NCBI GenBank assembly: GCA_002348615.1
Contig: DEBR01000003.1
Coordinates: forward strand, 12,268 to 76,267
Origin: Candidatus Saccharibacteria bacterium UBA2951
GTDB lineage: Bacteria > Patescibacteriota > Saccharimonadia > Saccharimonadales > Saccharimonadaceae
Direction of reading: 5' to 3'
DNA: 64,000 nt
In this document: positions 26,110 through 37,074 of the stretch, one piece after another
Layout: every line of letters starts with the position of its first letter
How positions within the stretch are numbered: the stretch's first letter is position 1
Notes under the pieces: model-generated
What the model was told of the DNA's origin: nothing
Database searches by the model: none
The model's input: only the letters and a program-made list of their open reading frames with translations
Made by a program: the position numbers and the translations under genes

Positions 26110-26982
26110 ATGGCGAAAAAAGGATTAGGACGCAGCTTTTCATCGTTGATTCCGGACAACCTGCTTGATGAATCATTCGACCCAAGCGCCGGCGACGACC
26201 ACAAGGTCAGCGACCTCCGTAATATCAAACTCGCGAACATCAAGGCAGACCCGGACCAGCCCCGTCGCTACTTTGATGAAGCCGGTTTGGCCGAACTGAC
26301 GGCGAGTATTGAAGCACACGGCGTACTGCAGCCGATCGTAGTCATACCCCTAAAGGATGGCAATTACCAAATCGTCGCTGGAGAACGGCGCTTCCGCGCC
26401 AGCCAGGCAGCTGGTAAGACGACCATTCCCGCCCTCGTACGCACTTTAAGCGCACAGCACAAGCTTGAGCTGAGTCTTATTGAAAACATCCAACGCCGCG
26501 ACCTTAACCCGCTCGAAACCGCGACCGCGTACGCCAAGCTACGAGATCAGTTCAATCTGACACTCGAAGAAATCGGGGCGCGCGTGGGCGGTAAATCCGT
26601 ATCGGCCGTATCGAACACGCTACGTCTGCTTAAGCTACCTCATGACATCAAGCAAGCCGTCGCCGACGGCAAACTGTCGGAAGGCCAAGCCCGTCCGCTA
26701 ATCGGAACCGATGAAGCTACCGCGAAGGCACTGCTTCCTGTCATTATTGCCGAACATTGGAGTGCCCGAAAAATCGAAGAGCATGTGGCGAACGAACGAC
26801 CGATCGAAACTAAGCCGGGCCGTAAACCTTCTACGGTACGCCCCCAAGAGAACCAGGGACTGTCAAAGCGGCTTAATACTCGTGTGCTGACGCAGCAGAA
26901 TGCCAAAGGTGCCGGTAAGATCGTCATTGAGTTCAAGTCCGTCGAAGAGCGCGAGCGAATCGAAAAACAGCTTCAGGCATAG
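26110..26982 (+). CDS. parB: Chromosome partitioning protein ParB/Spo0J
   Basis: MAKKGLGR, QPRR, AGERRFRA and ENIQR motifs. Confidence 0.95.
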   Translation: MAKKGLGRSFSSLIPDNLLDESFDPSAGDDHKVSDLRNIKLANIKADPDQPRRYFDEAGLAELTASIEAHGVLQPIVVIPLKDGNYQIVAGERRFRASQAAGKTTIPALVRTLSAQHKLELSLIENIQRRDLNPLETATAYAKLRDQFNLTLEEIGARVGGKSVSAVSNTLRLLKLPHDIKQAVADGKLSEGQARPLIGTDEATAKALLPVIIAEHWSARKIEEHVANERPIETKPGRKPSTVRPQENQGLSKRLNTRVLTQQNAKGAGKIVIEFKSVEERERIEKQLQA

Positions 26983-27101
26983 TAAACGCTTCGTTCGTAT
27001 TTTCTCAATCCCCCTACGCGCCACGCGCGAGGCGCTTGGGCTGCAGTCGCTTTACGATTTCTAAAATACGCACGAAGCGTCTACTGAGAGGCAAACAGAG
27101 A

Positions 27102-27701
27102 TTAGAACGTGCGGATCTTATCGAACGGGAAGATACGGAACGCAACCGGGCCGACAACGTCGTAGTAGGGGATCTGGCCAAGTCCGTTACGTGAATCCTT
27201 TGAAAAGCCTTCGGCGCGGTGGTCACCACTGACGAACAAAGAGTTGTCGGCAACGATAGTATCGACTTCGCCAGCAGTGAATTTGCCAGGTTCGCCGTGA
27301 TTTTGGTCGTCGGGGTTGAAGCCCGCCGGGTGCTCGTCGTTATACACGGTGTATTGCCCGTCTTTTAATACCACGCGCTCGCCGGGGAACGCGATGACAC
27401 GTTTTACGATATATTCTTCACCGAGGCCGGCGACGTATTGCGGGTTCTTGAACACGATGACTTGTCCACGCTCCGGCACGTACGATTTGTTTTGTAGCTG
27501 GGCGATAGTCACAGGTAAGCGGTTCACGATCAACCGGTCACCGGTATACATGGTAGGCTCCATACTAGGCCCTTCAACGTTGAAACTACGAAAAATGAAC
27601 GCGTTGATAATAAGCGTTCCAATCAGTACGCATACGACAAACACCATGATGCCAAGGGCGTCTTTAACGCCGGGGTGCCGGTCCAGGTAGGTAGCGTTCA
27701 T
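27102..27701 (-). CDS. lepB: Signal peptidase I
   Basis: GPSMEPT, YIVKRVIAFPGE and GDHR....DSR motifs. Confidence 0.93.
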   Translation of the reverse strand: MNATYLDRHPGVKDALGIMVFVVCVLIGTLIINAFIFRSFNVEGPSMEPTMYTGDRLIVNRLPVTIAQLQNKSYVPERGQVIVFKNPQYVAGLGEEYIVKRVIAFPGERVVLKDGQYTVYNDEHPAGFNPDDQNHGEPGKFTAGEVDTIVADNSLFVSGDHRAEGFSKDSRNGLGQIPYYDVVGPVAFRIFPFDKIRTF

Positions 27702-27803
27702 GAGCACTACTATACACCACCAGACGAATAATCTTGCTTATGCTTATGGTTTTTTACAACCAATTTAAGGTAATTATTTGCTATAGTGGTGGGAAGAATA
27801 GTT

Positions 27804-29456
27804 ATGCGAAAACAAAATTCATCACTTGATGGTTTCGTTCCTCGTCGTGGCCCGACCGTCGGTGGCGGAACAAGCCAACAACTTGGACGGCCTGTTCCAG
27901 AAGTTCGGTCAGACATCGGCCGAGCTTCGAGGCCGATTAACCAGAATACCCCTATGACCACGCTGCGCCCGGCCGGTGGGGTCAGCCGATCGGAAATCGA
28001 TGATTCATTAGCTCAGATTCATGACGACGAACAACCAGAGGTAAAACGCGGCTTTTTACGGCGTCGACAAAAACCGGTGCAGAGCCGTCGGAAGCGGATC
28101 ATGAAACGGCTCGCGCTGCTTATCGTCCTTCTTATCATCGCCGCTGGCGCATATGTCGGCATTAAGGCGATCATTGCCAGTAATAGTGTGTTCCAAGGTA
28201 ATATATTCGATATTTTCCAGGCACGGCCGCTCAAAATGGACCAAAACGGCCGTTCGAACATCTTGGTATTCGGCACGAGTGAAGACGACCCTGGACACCA
28301 GGGTGCAAGTCTGACGGACTCCATCATGGTTATCAGTGTCGACCAGAATAAGAAGAACGCATACATGGTGAGTATTCCGCGCGACCTTCAGGTGGAGTAC
28401 GGAGGAGCTTGCCAAGCAGGATACGCCGGCAAGATCAATGCGTTGTACCAGTGTTACTACGAAGATGGCAACAACGAAGAAGGCGGCGCGAATGCCCTTA
28501 AGAAAAAAGTGGGTGAAATCCTAGGTCTTGATATTCCATACTACGCGCACGTCAACTACACCGTCGTCCGAGATACGGTGAAGGCGCTTGGCTCAATTAA
28601 AGTCGATATTCAGGGAAGTGGCGGCGCGCCAGGTGTAATGGACAGTAACTTTGACTGGAAATGTGGATCTACCTACGCCAAAAGGATAAAACAATGTCCA
28701 CCGAACGGTCACTTTATTGACTATAAGAACGGTCCCGTAGAACTCGATGCCGAGCATGCCCTTTACCTTGCCCAGGCACGTGGCGACAGGGCACCGACGT
28801 ACGGCCTTGGCCGCTCAAACTTCGACCGCGAAATAAATCAGCAAAAAATCGTCAAAGCCATCCGTGAAAAAGCGGCGAGCGCCGGCACGTTAACGAACAT
28901 CGGCGCCGTGACTGGCTTAATTGACGCGTTAGGCAATAACCTTCGCACGAATTTCGAAACCGCAGAGATACGGACGCTCATGCAGCTCGGAAACGACATA
29001 CCGTCAAAAGACATCGTTCCTATCAGCTTGATCAAAGAAGGCGAGGAAGTCGTGAGGGGTGGTGCCGGCGGAAACGTCGTGCCGACCGCCGGTACCTACG
29101 AGTACAGTGAAATCCAGGCATATATCGACAAAAACCTTTCAAGCGACCCGGTCGCCCGTGAAGCCGCCAATATCGTCGTCATGAACGGTACGACAACAGC
29201 CGGCGTCGCCTTGACTGAATCGGGGCGTCTGACAGAAGCCGGGTTCACGGTATCGAATGCTACCAACGCACCGACGCAGGACTACCAGACGACCACGATT
29301 TATCGAATTAACAAAAAAGACAAAGACGGCACGGCTAAAGCCTTGTCTAAACGCTATGGCGTCGAACTGATTACGACCGCCCCAAGCTTCGCGGTAGACG
29401 CCGGCGTCGACTTTGTCGTCATCATCGGTCGGGCCAGCTTAAGCTCATCAAACTAA
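27804..29456 (+). CDS. LCP (LytR-CpsA-Psr) family protein with LytR_C domain
   Basis: TM helix; NILVFG, TDSIM, SIPRDL, NFDR..NQQ and C-terminal VMNGT...DFVVIIG. Confidence 0.92.
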   Translation: MRKQNSSLDGFVPRRGPTVGGGTSQQLGRPVPEVRSDIGRASRPINQNTPMTTLRPAGGVSRSEIDDSLAQIHDDEQPEVKRGFLRRRQKPVQSRRKRIMKRLALLIVLLIIAAGAYVGIKAIIASNSVFQGNIFDIFQARPLKMDQNGRSNILVFGTSEDDPGHQGASLTDSIMVISVDQNKKNAYMVSIPRDLQVEYGGACQAGYAGKINALYQCYYEDGNNEEGGANALKKKVGEILGLDIPYYAHVNYTVVRDTVKALGSIKVDIQGSGGAPGVMDSNFDWKCGSTYAKRIKQCPPNGHFIDYKNGPVELDAEHALYLAQARGDRAPTYGLGRSNFDREINQQKIVKAIREKAASAGTLTNIGAVTGLIDALGNNLRTNFETAEIRTLMQLGNDIPSKDIVPISLIKEGEEVVRGGAGGNVVPTAGTYEYSEIQAYIDKNLSSDPVAREAANIVVMNGTTTAGVALTESGRLTEAGFTVSNATNAPTQDYQTTTIYRINKKDKDGTAKALSKRYGVELITTAPSFAVDAGVDFVVIIGRASLSSSN

Positions 29457-29486
29457 CTGTGCCTACAGGTGGTACAATAGGGGTAT

Positions 29487-30254
29487 ATGGAATTACTACG
29501 GTCTGTCCGCCGACGTTCGTTCATTAGCGAAGTCGCCTATATCGTATTGAACATCGCCCTTGCGGTGATGCTACTCATACTCGTATTGGTCGTGAATGTC
29601 CCATGGCCGGCACTCGGACTGGTGCTGCTAAGTAAGTGGCGTGTCTTTGCGGTCCGTTCGCGGTACTGGATGGCGAATATCCGGGCTAACCTGGTGGATG
29701 TGATCGTGGGAATCAGCATGGTCGTACTTCTGTACGCAGCCTCGGGAGATTTACCGACCCAAATAGGCCTGACAGCGTTGTACATCGCCTGGCTGCTATT
29801 CCTTAAGCCACGTTCAAAGCGGGGCCATGTCGTTGCTCAGGCCGCGGTAGGACTTATATTCGGTATTACCGCCATCGTCCAAATATCGCCTTCGTTGCCA
29901 TCTTCGGCGGTCGTGCTGCTGTCGTGGCTTATCGGGTACGCTACGGCGCGGCACATACTCAGCGTCCAGCATGAATCGCATATCAATTTCCTTAGCATCC
30001 TGTGGGGCTTCGTCGTGGCGGAGGTTATGTGGCTTGGCTATCATTGGACTATCGGCTATCAGGTCAGCAAGTCATTGCAGCTTTCACAAATCGTCATTAT
30101 TATAGGGGCACTGAGCTTCATGGCCGAACGCATTTATATTAGCTACCATCGCAACGGGAAGATTCAGTCGAGCGATATCATGATGCCGGCGCTGCTTTCG
30201 CTCAGTATCATCGGGGTGCTGATATTCGTGTTCGGTGGGGCAGCAACAATCTGA
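29487..30254 (+). CDS. Conserved hypothetical polytopic membrane protein
   Basis: About 8 hydrophobic helices; SKWRVFAVR motif; TACAAT just upstream. Confidence 0.8.
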   Translation: MELLRSVRRRSFISEVAYIVLNIALAVMLLILVLVVNVPWPALGLVLLSKWRVFAVRSRYWMANIRANLVDVIVGISMVVLLYAASGDLPTQIGLTALYIAWLLFLKPRSKRGHVVAQAAVGLIFGITAIVQISPSLPSSAVVLLSWLIGYATARHILSVQHESHINFLSILWGFVVAEVMWLGYHWTIGYQVSKSLQLSQIVIIIGALSFMAERIYISYHRNGKIQSSDIMMPALLSLSIIGVLIFVFGGAATI

Positions 30255-30302
30255 CCTGAGTTTATTAAGTAAATTTTTAGGGAGGCACAGTAAAACCAAA
30301 CC

Positions 30303-31520
30303 ATGGAACAAACACACGAACCGAACGCTAACGTGCAAGCTGGACCGGCGACGTCTGAAGCACCTATGAAAAGCGAATACGCTTCGGGTAAGCCGTCCAA
30401 ACGGCCACTGTTTATCATCGTGCTGCTTATTCTCGCCGGCCTAACAGGCTTTGCCGGCTCATGGGCACAAGATTATCTTCAGGGTGACTTACGTTCATCA
30501 ACGGTACTGAACACCTCTAAAGAAGATGGCAACAATGTCGTCACCCCGAACGAAGAATCAATCGCGGCGGTCGCCAAGGCCGTCAGTCCGAGCGTCGTGT
30601 CGATCCTGACGACGACCAACCAAGTGTCACGCCTGTTTAATCAGCAATACCAGCAAGAAGGAGCCGGTACGGGCATGATCGTCAGCTCGAACGGTTACAT
30701 CATGACGAATAAGCACGTCATCGATGGTGCGGACAAGGTAACAGTGGTACTTCCGGACGGCAAGACCTACGAGAACGTCGATGTACTCGGTAGTGACCCC
30801 TTAAACGACGTTGCCTTCCTGAAAATCAGGAACGTATCGGGTCTACCGGCGATCGTGCTGGGTGATTCCAAGACTATCCGTATCGGGCAGTCGGTCGTGG
30901 CTATCGGTAACGCCCTCGGACAGTACCAGAACAGCGTGACCAGTGGTATCGTCTCAGGAACCGGGCGCCCTGTAACGGCCTCGAGCGATGGCACTGCAAA
31001 CGGCAGCACCGAGAGTCTTACGGACTTGATTCAAACCGACGCCGCCATCAACTCCGGTAATTCCGGGGGTCCGCTCCTTAACCTGAAGGGGCAGGTCATT
31101 GGCATCAATACTGCTATCGCGCAGGACGCCCAAAGTATCGGCTTTGCCATTCCGATCAGCGCTACTAAGGGGCTACTGGCTCATGTTATCAAGACTGGCA
31201 AGGTCGAGCGCTCGTACCTTGGCGTGCAATATATGTCCATCACTCCGGCCATCAAAGAACAGTACCGCCTGCCAGTCGATAAAGGGGACTACATAACCTC
31301 GGACCGTGGCAACAGCGTGCAAGCAAATGGTCCCGCGGCAAAGGCGGGAGTGAAAAACGGAGATATCATCACGCAGGTGAACGGGTATAATGTAGGCGAA
31401 ATCGCCAGCGTTTCTACCTTAATTTCAGAATACGAACCCGGCCAAAAGGTCGAGCTTACGGTATTGCGGGACGGCAAAGAGCTCAAACTGACCGCGACGC
31501 TCGGGACCTACCAACGCTAG
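30303..31520 (+). CDS. htrA: HtrA/DegP-like serine protease with one PDZ domain
   Basis: TNKHV, DVAFLKI and QTDAAINSGNSGGPL motifs plus PDZ. Confidence 0.93.
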   Translation: MEQTHEPNANVQAGPATSEAPMKSEYASGKPSKRPLFIIVLLILAGLTGFAGSWAQDYLQGDLRSSTVLNTSKEDGNNVVTPNEESIAAVAKAVSPSVVSILTTTNQVSRLFNQQYQQEGAGTGMIVSSNGYIMTNKHVIDGADKVTVVLPDGKTYENVDVLGSDPLNDVAFLKIRNVSGLPAIVLGDSKTIRIGQSVVAIGNALGQYQNSVTSGIVSGTGRPVTASSDGTANGSTESLTDLIQTDAAINSGNSGGPLLNLKGQVIGINTAIAQDAQSIGFAIPISATKGLLAHVIKTGKVERSYLGVQYMSITPAIKEQYRLPVDKGDYITSDRGNSVQANGPAAKAGVKNGDIITQVNGYNVGEIASVSTLISEYEPGQKVELTVLRDGKELKLTATLGTYQR

Positions 31521-32353
31521 TCGTTATCTAGCCTGAAGGCGACCACGTACTCATCACGGCCGACTTCTTTGAAGTCATGCTTCTTCGCGTAAACGGAAAT
31601 CGTGTCGAGCTGACTTGGGTCGGCTTCAAGCAGTAACAAGGCACCGGGCTTTGCGCGCGCGGCGACCTGCTCGATACATCGTTTAATAACGGCCAATCCA
31701 CCGTCTTCAGCATATAGCGCCTCGGCTGGCTCATTGGCCAGTTCCGGTGACTGGTAATCCCACGAACGGTCGACGTACGGCAGGTTAGCGAGGATGATGT
31801 CGGGAGAATAGGGGTAGTTTGTCAGCAGGTCACTCACGAACGTTTCTACTTCCGCGCCTAGTAACCGAGCATTTTTCTCGGCGACAGTCAGCGCGTGGCG
31901 GCTATTGTCTACTAACGCGACCTCGAACTGCGGGAATAACAGCTTCGCGGTAATTCCTAAGCAACCGCTGCCGGTTCCCAGGTCTACCAATCGTTTTTCA
32001 ACGATACCGGGAAGTTCCGCCGAACGCGGTAAAAGTGTTTGCAGCATGTCTATCAACTGCTCGCTTTCAGGGCGGGGAATAAGCACGGCCGGACTAACAA
32101 CGAACCGGCGGCCATAAAATTCCTTATGGCCGATGATATATGCTACCGGTACGCGATCTTTTCGTAGCTCAACACGGGCATTGGCGATATCTTCGTCGCG
32201 AGCACTCAGTTCTTCATCGCCATGGGCATGCAAGTACGTTCGGGGGTGGCGAATGGTATGCGCCAGAATGATTTCGGCATCAAGCCGTGGTGAAGGCAGG
32301 ATTTCATCCGCCAGTTCATCTGTCGCCGCCTTAAGCCATGCTGAAATCGTCAT
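31517..32353 (-). CDS. prmC: Release factor glutamine methyltransferase
   Basis: PVAYIIG, LIPRPESE, DLGTGSG and NLPY; start at MTISAW. Confidence 0.93.
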   Translation of the reverse strand: MTISAWLKAATDELADEILPSPRLDAEIILAHTIRHPRTYLHAHGDEELSARDEDIANARVELRKDRVPVAYIIGHKEFYGRRFVVSPAVLIPRPESEQLIDMLQTLLPRSAELPGIVEKRLVDLGTGSGCLGITAKLLFPQFEVALVDNSRHALTVAEKNARLLGAEVETFVSDLLTNYPYSPDIILANLPYVDRSWDYQSPELANEPAEALYAEDGGLAVIKRCIEQVAARAKPGALLLLEADPSQLDTISVYAKKHDFKEVGRDEYVVAFRLDND

Positions 32354-32426
32354 ACTTACATTATCCCACCTCTTGCATAATGTGCAAAACATTGACAAAT
32401 AAGCATAAGTATGATAGATTGTCCGT

Positions 32427-32999
32427 ATGGAACCGAAAAACAAAAACAACGTTCATAACATCGGCCGAAATGATCGAGACGCGATCGCACGACAAGTCGG
32501 TATGACAGAGTTCGAACCTTCTGAAAGTGTCCACAAACCAGAACAAGTTCGCGATCACCGTCCGGGACGTGTACTGACAGCGCTTGGTGCTACCGCGGCC
32601 GTCCTTGGAACGGCATGGCTTGCCGCACCACGTTCACACGATGCACCACTACCTGACGATAAGAAAACCTTCTCCGAAGAGGTCGCTGAATCAGCCCAGA
32701 AACCGTACGACCCTGCCAAAGATGAATTGGTCATTGATGGAATTCGGGTAAAGCCCGGTAATCCGGACCGTAACACTCCTTCTGAAGCCGTGCTTGGTGA
32801 CCCACGCGTCAAGGCGTTCGTCGAAGCAAATCCAGACGAGTCGTCATCCGTTACGACTAGCGCAATGTCGCTGCCGGGAGGTAACGAAGCCGGTATCGTT
32901 ATGCGTGATGTTGACCACGACGGCGACAAAGACGCCGTTGCTGTTCAGATCGAAGAAGAACATCCTTCAATCGAAATAGAAGATAAGACTATCCATTAG
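32427..32999 (+). CDS. Hypothetical single-pass membrane protein with DxDxDG motif
   Basis: TTGACA-N17-TAGATT promoter 5 nt before ATG; one [11 protein letters not shown]. Confidence 0.75.
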   Translation: MEPKNKNNVHNIGRNDRDAIARQVGMTEFEPSESVHKPEQVRDHRPGRVLTALGATAAVLGTAWLAAPRSHDAPLPDDKKTFSEEVAESAQKPYDPAKDELVIDGIRVKPGNPDRNTPSEAVLGDPRVKAFVEANPDESSSVTTSAMSLPGGNEAGIVMRDVDHDGDKDAVAVQIEEEHPSIEIEDKTIH

Positions 33000-34066
33000 C
33001 TTTCGGCGTTCTGTGCCTTAAGCTCACGTTCGTAGGCCTGTAATTTTTCAATGATATCGTCGATATCACCGTTCATTGCCTGCGGAATACCGCTCCTGGA
33101 ATAGCCTATACGGTGGTCGGTAATGCGATCCTGCGGAAAGTTATAGGTGCGGATCTTTTCGCTGCGGTCGCCTGTGCCGATGAGCCCGCGCCGTTCAGCG
33201 GATAGTTTGGCGTTTTCTTCGTCGATCTTAATTTGGAGCAGCCGTGAGCGTAGCACGCTCATGGCTTTTTCTTTGTTCTTCAGCTGAGACTTCTCGTCTT
33301 GGTTCGACACGACTAGGCCAGATGGCAGGTGGGTGATGCGCACGGCCGAGTCGGTCGTGTTCACCGATTGGCCACCATGGCCGGACGCGCGGAAAATATC
33401 GATACGTAGGTCCTTCGGGTCAATGACGATGTCGGTCTCTTCGGCTTCGGGCAGCACGGCCACCGTAACAGTACTGGTGTGGATACGGCCCTGGCTTTCG
33501 GTGGCCGGTACGCGCTGCACTCGGTGCACGCCGGACTCGAACTTCAGGAACGAGTAGGGGGCGTCGCCCTTGATTTCGACCACGACTTCTTTGTAGCCAC
33601 CGCTGTCATTGGCACTTTCGCTCATCTGCTCTGTCTTAAAGCCGTGGGCTTCGCACCAGCGGAGGTACATGCGGTATAGTTCGGCCGCGAATAGGCTGGC
33701 TTCATCACCGCCGGCGCCGGCGCGGATTTCCATGATGACGTTCTTTTCGTCGTTCGGGTCTTTCGGAGTAAGCAGAACGAATAACTCTTCGTTGAGCGTT
33801 TCGAGCTTCGTCTCAAGTTCGGGAACTTCAGCTTTTGCCAGTTCGGCCAGCTCATCGCTGCCAGTCGACAGTTCCTTGGCTTCGGCGAGCTGCTTTTCAA
33901 GCTGCTCGCGCTCCTGGGCCTTTGAAATGAGTGAGTCAAGTTCGCTCAGGCGCCGGCTTTTGGCTCCGAATGCCGGGTCGCTGTACGCGTCGGGCGTCGA
34001 CAAAAAGGCCGTCAGTTCGGCTTTTTCAACGTTCAGGTCTTCGAGGTTAAGATTGATTACCGGCAT
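32996..34066 (-). CDS. prfA: Peptide chain release factor 1
   Basis: GAGGDEA, PAT anticodon-mimic and GGQ motifs; start at MPVINL. Confidence 0.96.
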   Translation of the reverse strand: MPVINLNLEDLNVEKAELTAFLSTPDAYSDPAFGAKSRRLSELDSLISKAQEREQLEKQLAEAKELSTGSDELAELAKAEVPELETKLETLNEELFVLLTPKDPNDEKNVIMEIRAGAGGDEASLFAAELYRMYLRWCEAHGFKTEQMSESANDSGGYKEVVVEIKGDAPYSFLKFESGVHRVQRVPATESQGRIHTSTVTVAVLPEAEETDIVIDPKDLRIDIFRASGHGGQSVNTTDSAVRITHLPSGLVVSNQDEKSQLKNKEKAMSVLRSRLLQIKIDEENAKLSAERRGLIGTGDRSEKIRTYNFPQDRITDHRIGYSRSGIPQAMNGDIDDIIEKLQAYERELKAQNAES

Positions 34067-34424
34067 GGACTTCCTTTCGTGTCGCGAGCAGTATGATGCC
34101 GACGATGATGCCAGGCAGCCATGTAAGGACAGACAATAGACCAGCCAGCCAGATAAAGACGTTGATGATCGATTTGACAGGACTATCCTGTGCGAACAAA
34201 GCCGGGTCTTCGGTATCGGCTCTACATATTCCCGAGGCAATCGAGCCCGGGCCGCTTGGACACGGCTCGGACGCCGGAGCCATACCCGAGAAGATAAAAT
34301 TTGATACCGCGTACAAAAGCAGCGCCCCGATAAAGATCGCCGTCGGCGCGATCAAGCACACCAGGCCCCAGACCAGCTTGAGATGGTTGCTGCGTTTTAA
34401 CGCGGCTGATTGTACTTGTTCCAT
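34047..34424 (-). CDS. Hypothetical membrane protein (two TM regions, Cys-pair loop)
   Basis: Hydrophobic hairpin ORF between rpmE terminator and prfA. Confidence 0.7.
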   Translation of the reverse strand: MEQVQSAALKRSNHLKLVWGLVCLIAPTAIFIGALLLYAVSNFIFSGMAPASEPCPSGPGSIASGICRADTEDPALFAQDSPVKSIINVFIWLAGLLSVLTWLPGIIVGIILLATRKEVHAGNQS

Positions 34425-34467
34425 TCTTGGGTGCTCCAATTGGTTAAATATCTGAATTTACTATAAC

Positions 34468-34497
34468 AAAAAGGACTGCTCGCGAACGAACAGTCCC
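34468..34497 (-). terminator. Intrinsic terminator after rpmE
   Basis: GGACUGUUCG-UUCG-CGAGCAGUCC followed by UUUUU on -. Confidence 0.85.
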
Positions 34498-34512
34498 TCT
34501 GATATACCGCCG

Positions 34513-34839
34513 CTATTTTTCAGCGGTAGCTTTTTTTGCCTTGGCGGCAGACTTCTTTTTGGCTTTGTTAGCCAACTCAGCCTTGCGGGCTTCAGCGGCG
34601 GCGAACTTAGCCTTAAAGCGGTCGACACGACCTTCGGTGTCGATGATCTTTTCTTCGCCGGTGAAGAAGGGGTGGGATGCGCTACTGATGTGCACCTTGA
34701 CCAGTGGGTATTCGTTACCGTCTTCCCACTTGATGGTGTCATCCGTTTGCGCAGTACTTTGCGTTAGGAACGCGAACCCAGCCACTTCGTCGCTAAATAC
34801 GACCGGGCGGTAATTTGTTGGGTGAATACTGCTTTTCAT
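34513..34839 (-). CDS. rpmE2: 50S ribosomal protein L31 type B, Lys/Ala-rich tail
   Basis: [16 protein letters not shown] and [10 protein letters not shown]; no cysteines. Confidence 0.93.
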   Translation of the reverse strand: MKSSIHPTNYRPVVFSDEVAGFAFLTQSTAQTDDTIKWEDGNEYPLVKVHISSASHPFFTGEEKIIDTEGRVDRFKAKFAAAEARKAELANKAKKKSAAKAKKATAEK

Positions 34840-34916
34840 ATCTATACGACTATACACTTTACAGAGAGAAATGTCTAGAGTCCTGAGGGGAGAAATGCCA
34901 GTCGTATAATGAATAT

Positions 34917-35675
34917 ATGGATAATGATCCAGGCAATCATTTAGAACAAGTACTAATCCGGGACATTAACGGACTGCTTACGTATGACGGAATGCTCTTG
35001 GGCGACAGGGAGATTGTCATATCGCCGGACGACGTGACTGACCTTGATGTCACCGATGTCGTGGTCGGTCGCAATGATGAGTACGGGCGAACAGTGTGTC
35101 ATATTCATCGGCCGCCAAACGAAGAGTCGTACTGGCGTCACGACACATTCATCGTGTGGGATGATGGTCGGACCACCCGGTTTAATGTCGATATATCGCT
35201 TGATGAATCCCAGCAGCGGACTATGCAAGAACTGCAAGGCGCGCACCAGGCGCTCGTGAAGGAATTTGAGCTTTTGATATCCCGTCGGGTAATTAACTCA
35301 TCAGACGCAGAAGAAATGTACGATAGCGTTCTAATGAGCCTTGAGCGCACTACGAGCGAAGTTAACGACGCGCTTTTAAAGAGTGATGAACTACTTGAAG
35401 GTCAGAGCATGCAGACGCTTCGGTCGGTAATTCAACGGGTTGAGCGGGACGCGCCACCATCCGACGCGCCATATTTAGAATTTACTCAACTCTATGCAGC
35501 GATCCATACCTTACGGCACGCGCATTACGACGCTATGGAGTTGCGCACCTTGCTCGTCGAGCGCTATTTGGAACTCTCGAATCAGCATATGGAAAAAGCC
35601 GAGGCGAATTTGTTGCCGGCCATCCAGCCCGCTGAAGCATGGGGCCTCTTACAACTGCTTGATAAGATACGATAA
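34917..35675 (+). CDS. Hypothetical acidic protein
   Basis: 252-aa ORF with TATAAT 6 nt before the ATG; no recognised motif. Confidence 0.7.
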   Translation: MDNDPGNHLEQVLIRDINGLLTYDGMLLGDREIVISPDDVTDLDVTDVVVGRNDEYGRTVCHIHRPPNEESYWRHDTFIVWDDGRTTRFNVDISLDESQQRTMQELQGAHQALVKEFELLISRRVINSSDAEEMYDSVLMSLERTTSEVNDALLKSDELLEGQSMQTLRSVIQRVERDAPPSDAPYLEFTQLYAAIHTLRHAHYDAMELRTLLVERYLELSNQHMEKAEANLLPAIQPAEAWGLLQLLDKIR

Positions 35676-35713
35676 ATCTGGTATATTCAAACGGTAATAA
35701 TTTTAACGAAGCA

Positions 35714-35769
35714 ACATCCGCATATATCCTTCGAATAAACGAGGCGCGGGTGTGAAGGGAGAAGGATAT
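35714..35769 (+). promoter_or_regulatory. rpsB leader structure (candidate S2 autoregulatory element)
   Basis: ACATCCGC/GCGGGTGT stem; its loop ATATCCTTC is complementary to the RBS segment GAAGGATAT. Confidence 0.6.
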
Positions 35770-35770
35770 C

Positions 35771-36469
35771 ATGGCAGTCGCTGTTGATATGAAGGCTTTG
35801 CTGGAAGCCGGTGTCCACTTCGGACACAAAACCAGCCGTTGGCACCCGAAAATGGCGCCGTACATTCACTCTAAGCGCCAGGAAACGCACATCATTGACC
35901 TGGTCAAGACGGCCGAAGGTCTTGAAAAGGCGCTTCCATTCCTGACGAAGACCGTCGCAAGCGGCAAAAAAGTACTGTTCGTCGGCACCAAAAAGCAGCA
36001 CAAGGACATCGTAAAAGCAACGGCTGAAGCTGCCGGCCAGCCATACGTCACCGAACGTTGGATTGGCGGTATGCTTACCAACACGACAACCATGTCGTCA
36101 CAGATCAAGAAGCTGCACGACCTGGAGCGCCGCATGGCGTCTGGCGACCTTGAAAAGCGCTACAACAAGCTTGAAGTCCAGCGCTTTGCCGAAGAAATTG
36201 AAGTTTTGAACCAAAAATACGGCGGCATTAAGGACCTTTCTGGCATCCCAGGCGCAGTCGTCGTCGTTGATACCATTGAAGACGCCGGGGCGATACGCGA
36301 AGCCAAGAACCTGGGCGTTCCAGTCGTCGGTGTCGTGGACACTAACGCTGACCCAAGCAAAGTCGACTATGTCATTCCTGGCAACGACGACGCGATCAAA
36401 GGTACCGAACTGCTACTTAGCTACTTCGTAGCCGCGGTCAAAGAAGGTGCAACTAAGGAGGGCAAATAA
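35771..36469 (+). CDS. rpsB: 30S ribosomal protein S2
   Basis: LLEAGVHFGH, RWIGGMLTN, DTNADP and PGNDDA motifs. Confidence 0.98.
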   Translation: MAVAVDMKALLEAGVHFGHKTSRWHPKMAPYIHSKRQETHIIDLVKTAEGLEKALPFLTKTVASGKKVLFVGTKKQHKDIVKATAEAAGQPYVTERWIGGMLTNTTTMSSQIKKLHDLERRMASGDLEKRYNKLEVQRFAEEIEVLNQKYGGIKDLSGIPGAVVVVDTIEDAGAIREAKNLGVPVVGVVDTNADPSKVDYVIPGNDDAIKGTELLLSYFVAAVKEGATKEGK

Positions 36470-36474
36470 TACCT

Positions 36475-37071
36475 ATGGCAGTCACGATTGAAGACATTAA
36501 GAAGCTGAAAGAACTGACCGGTGTCGGTCTGACCGACGCTAAGGTCGCGCTGGTCGAAGCCGACGGCGACTTTGACAAGGCTCTTGAAGCTATGCGCAAG
36601 AAGGGTCTGACCAAGGCCGAGAAAAAAGGCGACCGCGAAACCCGCGAAGGCATTATTGACAGCTACGTGCATTCTAACCGCATCGGTGTCGTCATCGAAG
36701 TCAACTGCGAAACCGACTTCGTGGCCCGGCTTGATGAGTTCAAGGAACTGGCGCACCAGCTTGCCATGCAAGTCGCGGCCATGAACCCGCAGTACGTCAG
36801 CTTTGATGACATTCCAGCCGAAGAATATGACGCCAAAAAGAAGGAACTGCTTGAAAGCGACAGCCTGAAAGGCAAGCCGGCCGATATGGCTGAAAAGATC
36901 GTTGAAGGCCAGCTTAAAAAGCACTTCGGCGAACAAGTACTCCTAGCACAGCAATATGTCCTAGACGACTCTATGACAGTGGAAGACCGCATTAAGCAGC
37001 AGATTGCCAAGAGTGGCGAAAACATCACCGTCGGCCAATTTAAACGCATTGAGCTAGGCGTCACGGAATAA
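36475..37071 (+). CDS. tsf: Elongation factor Ts (short form)
   Basis: EVNCETDFVA motif; follows rpsB. Confidence 0.96.
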   Translation: MAVTIEDIKKLKELTGVGLTDAKVALVEADGDFDKALEAMRKKGLTKAEKKGDRETREGIIDSYVHSNRIGVVIEVNCETDFVARLDEFKELAHQLAMQVAAMNPQYVSFDDIPAEEYDAKKKELLESDSLKGKPADMAEKIVEGQLKKHFGEQVLLAQQYVLDDSMTVEDRIKQQIAKSGENITVGQFKRIELGVTE

Positions 37072-37074
37072 GCT

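Noticed and set aside
32422..32429. CCGTATG at the start of the 32427 gene and CGTATGA in the 6897 repeat, as further cassette motif copies
   Set aside because: 7-mers are expected several times by chance; none of the other leader elements is present.
32996..34240. Long N-terminal extensions in the ORF track (prfA, prmC, frr, PRTase, ABC permease, parB)
   Set aside because: They overlap neighbouring genes or promoters; family homology and -10/RBS positions support the downstream ATGs.
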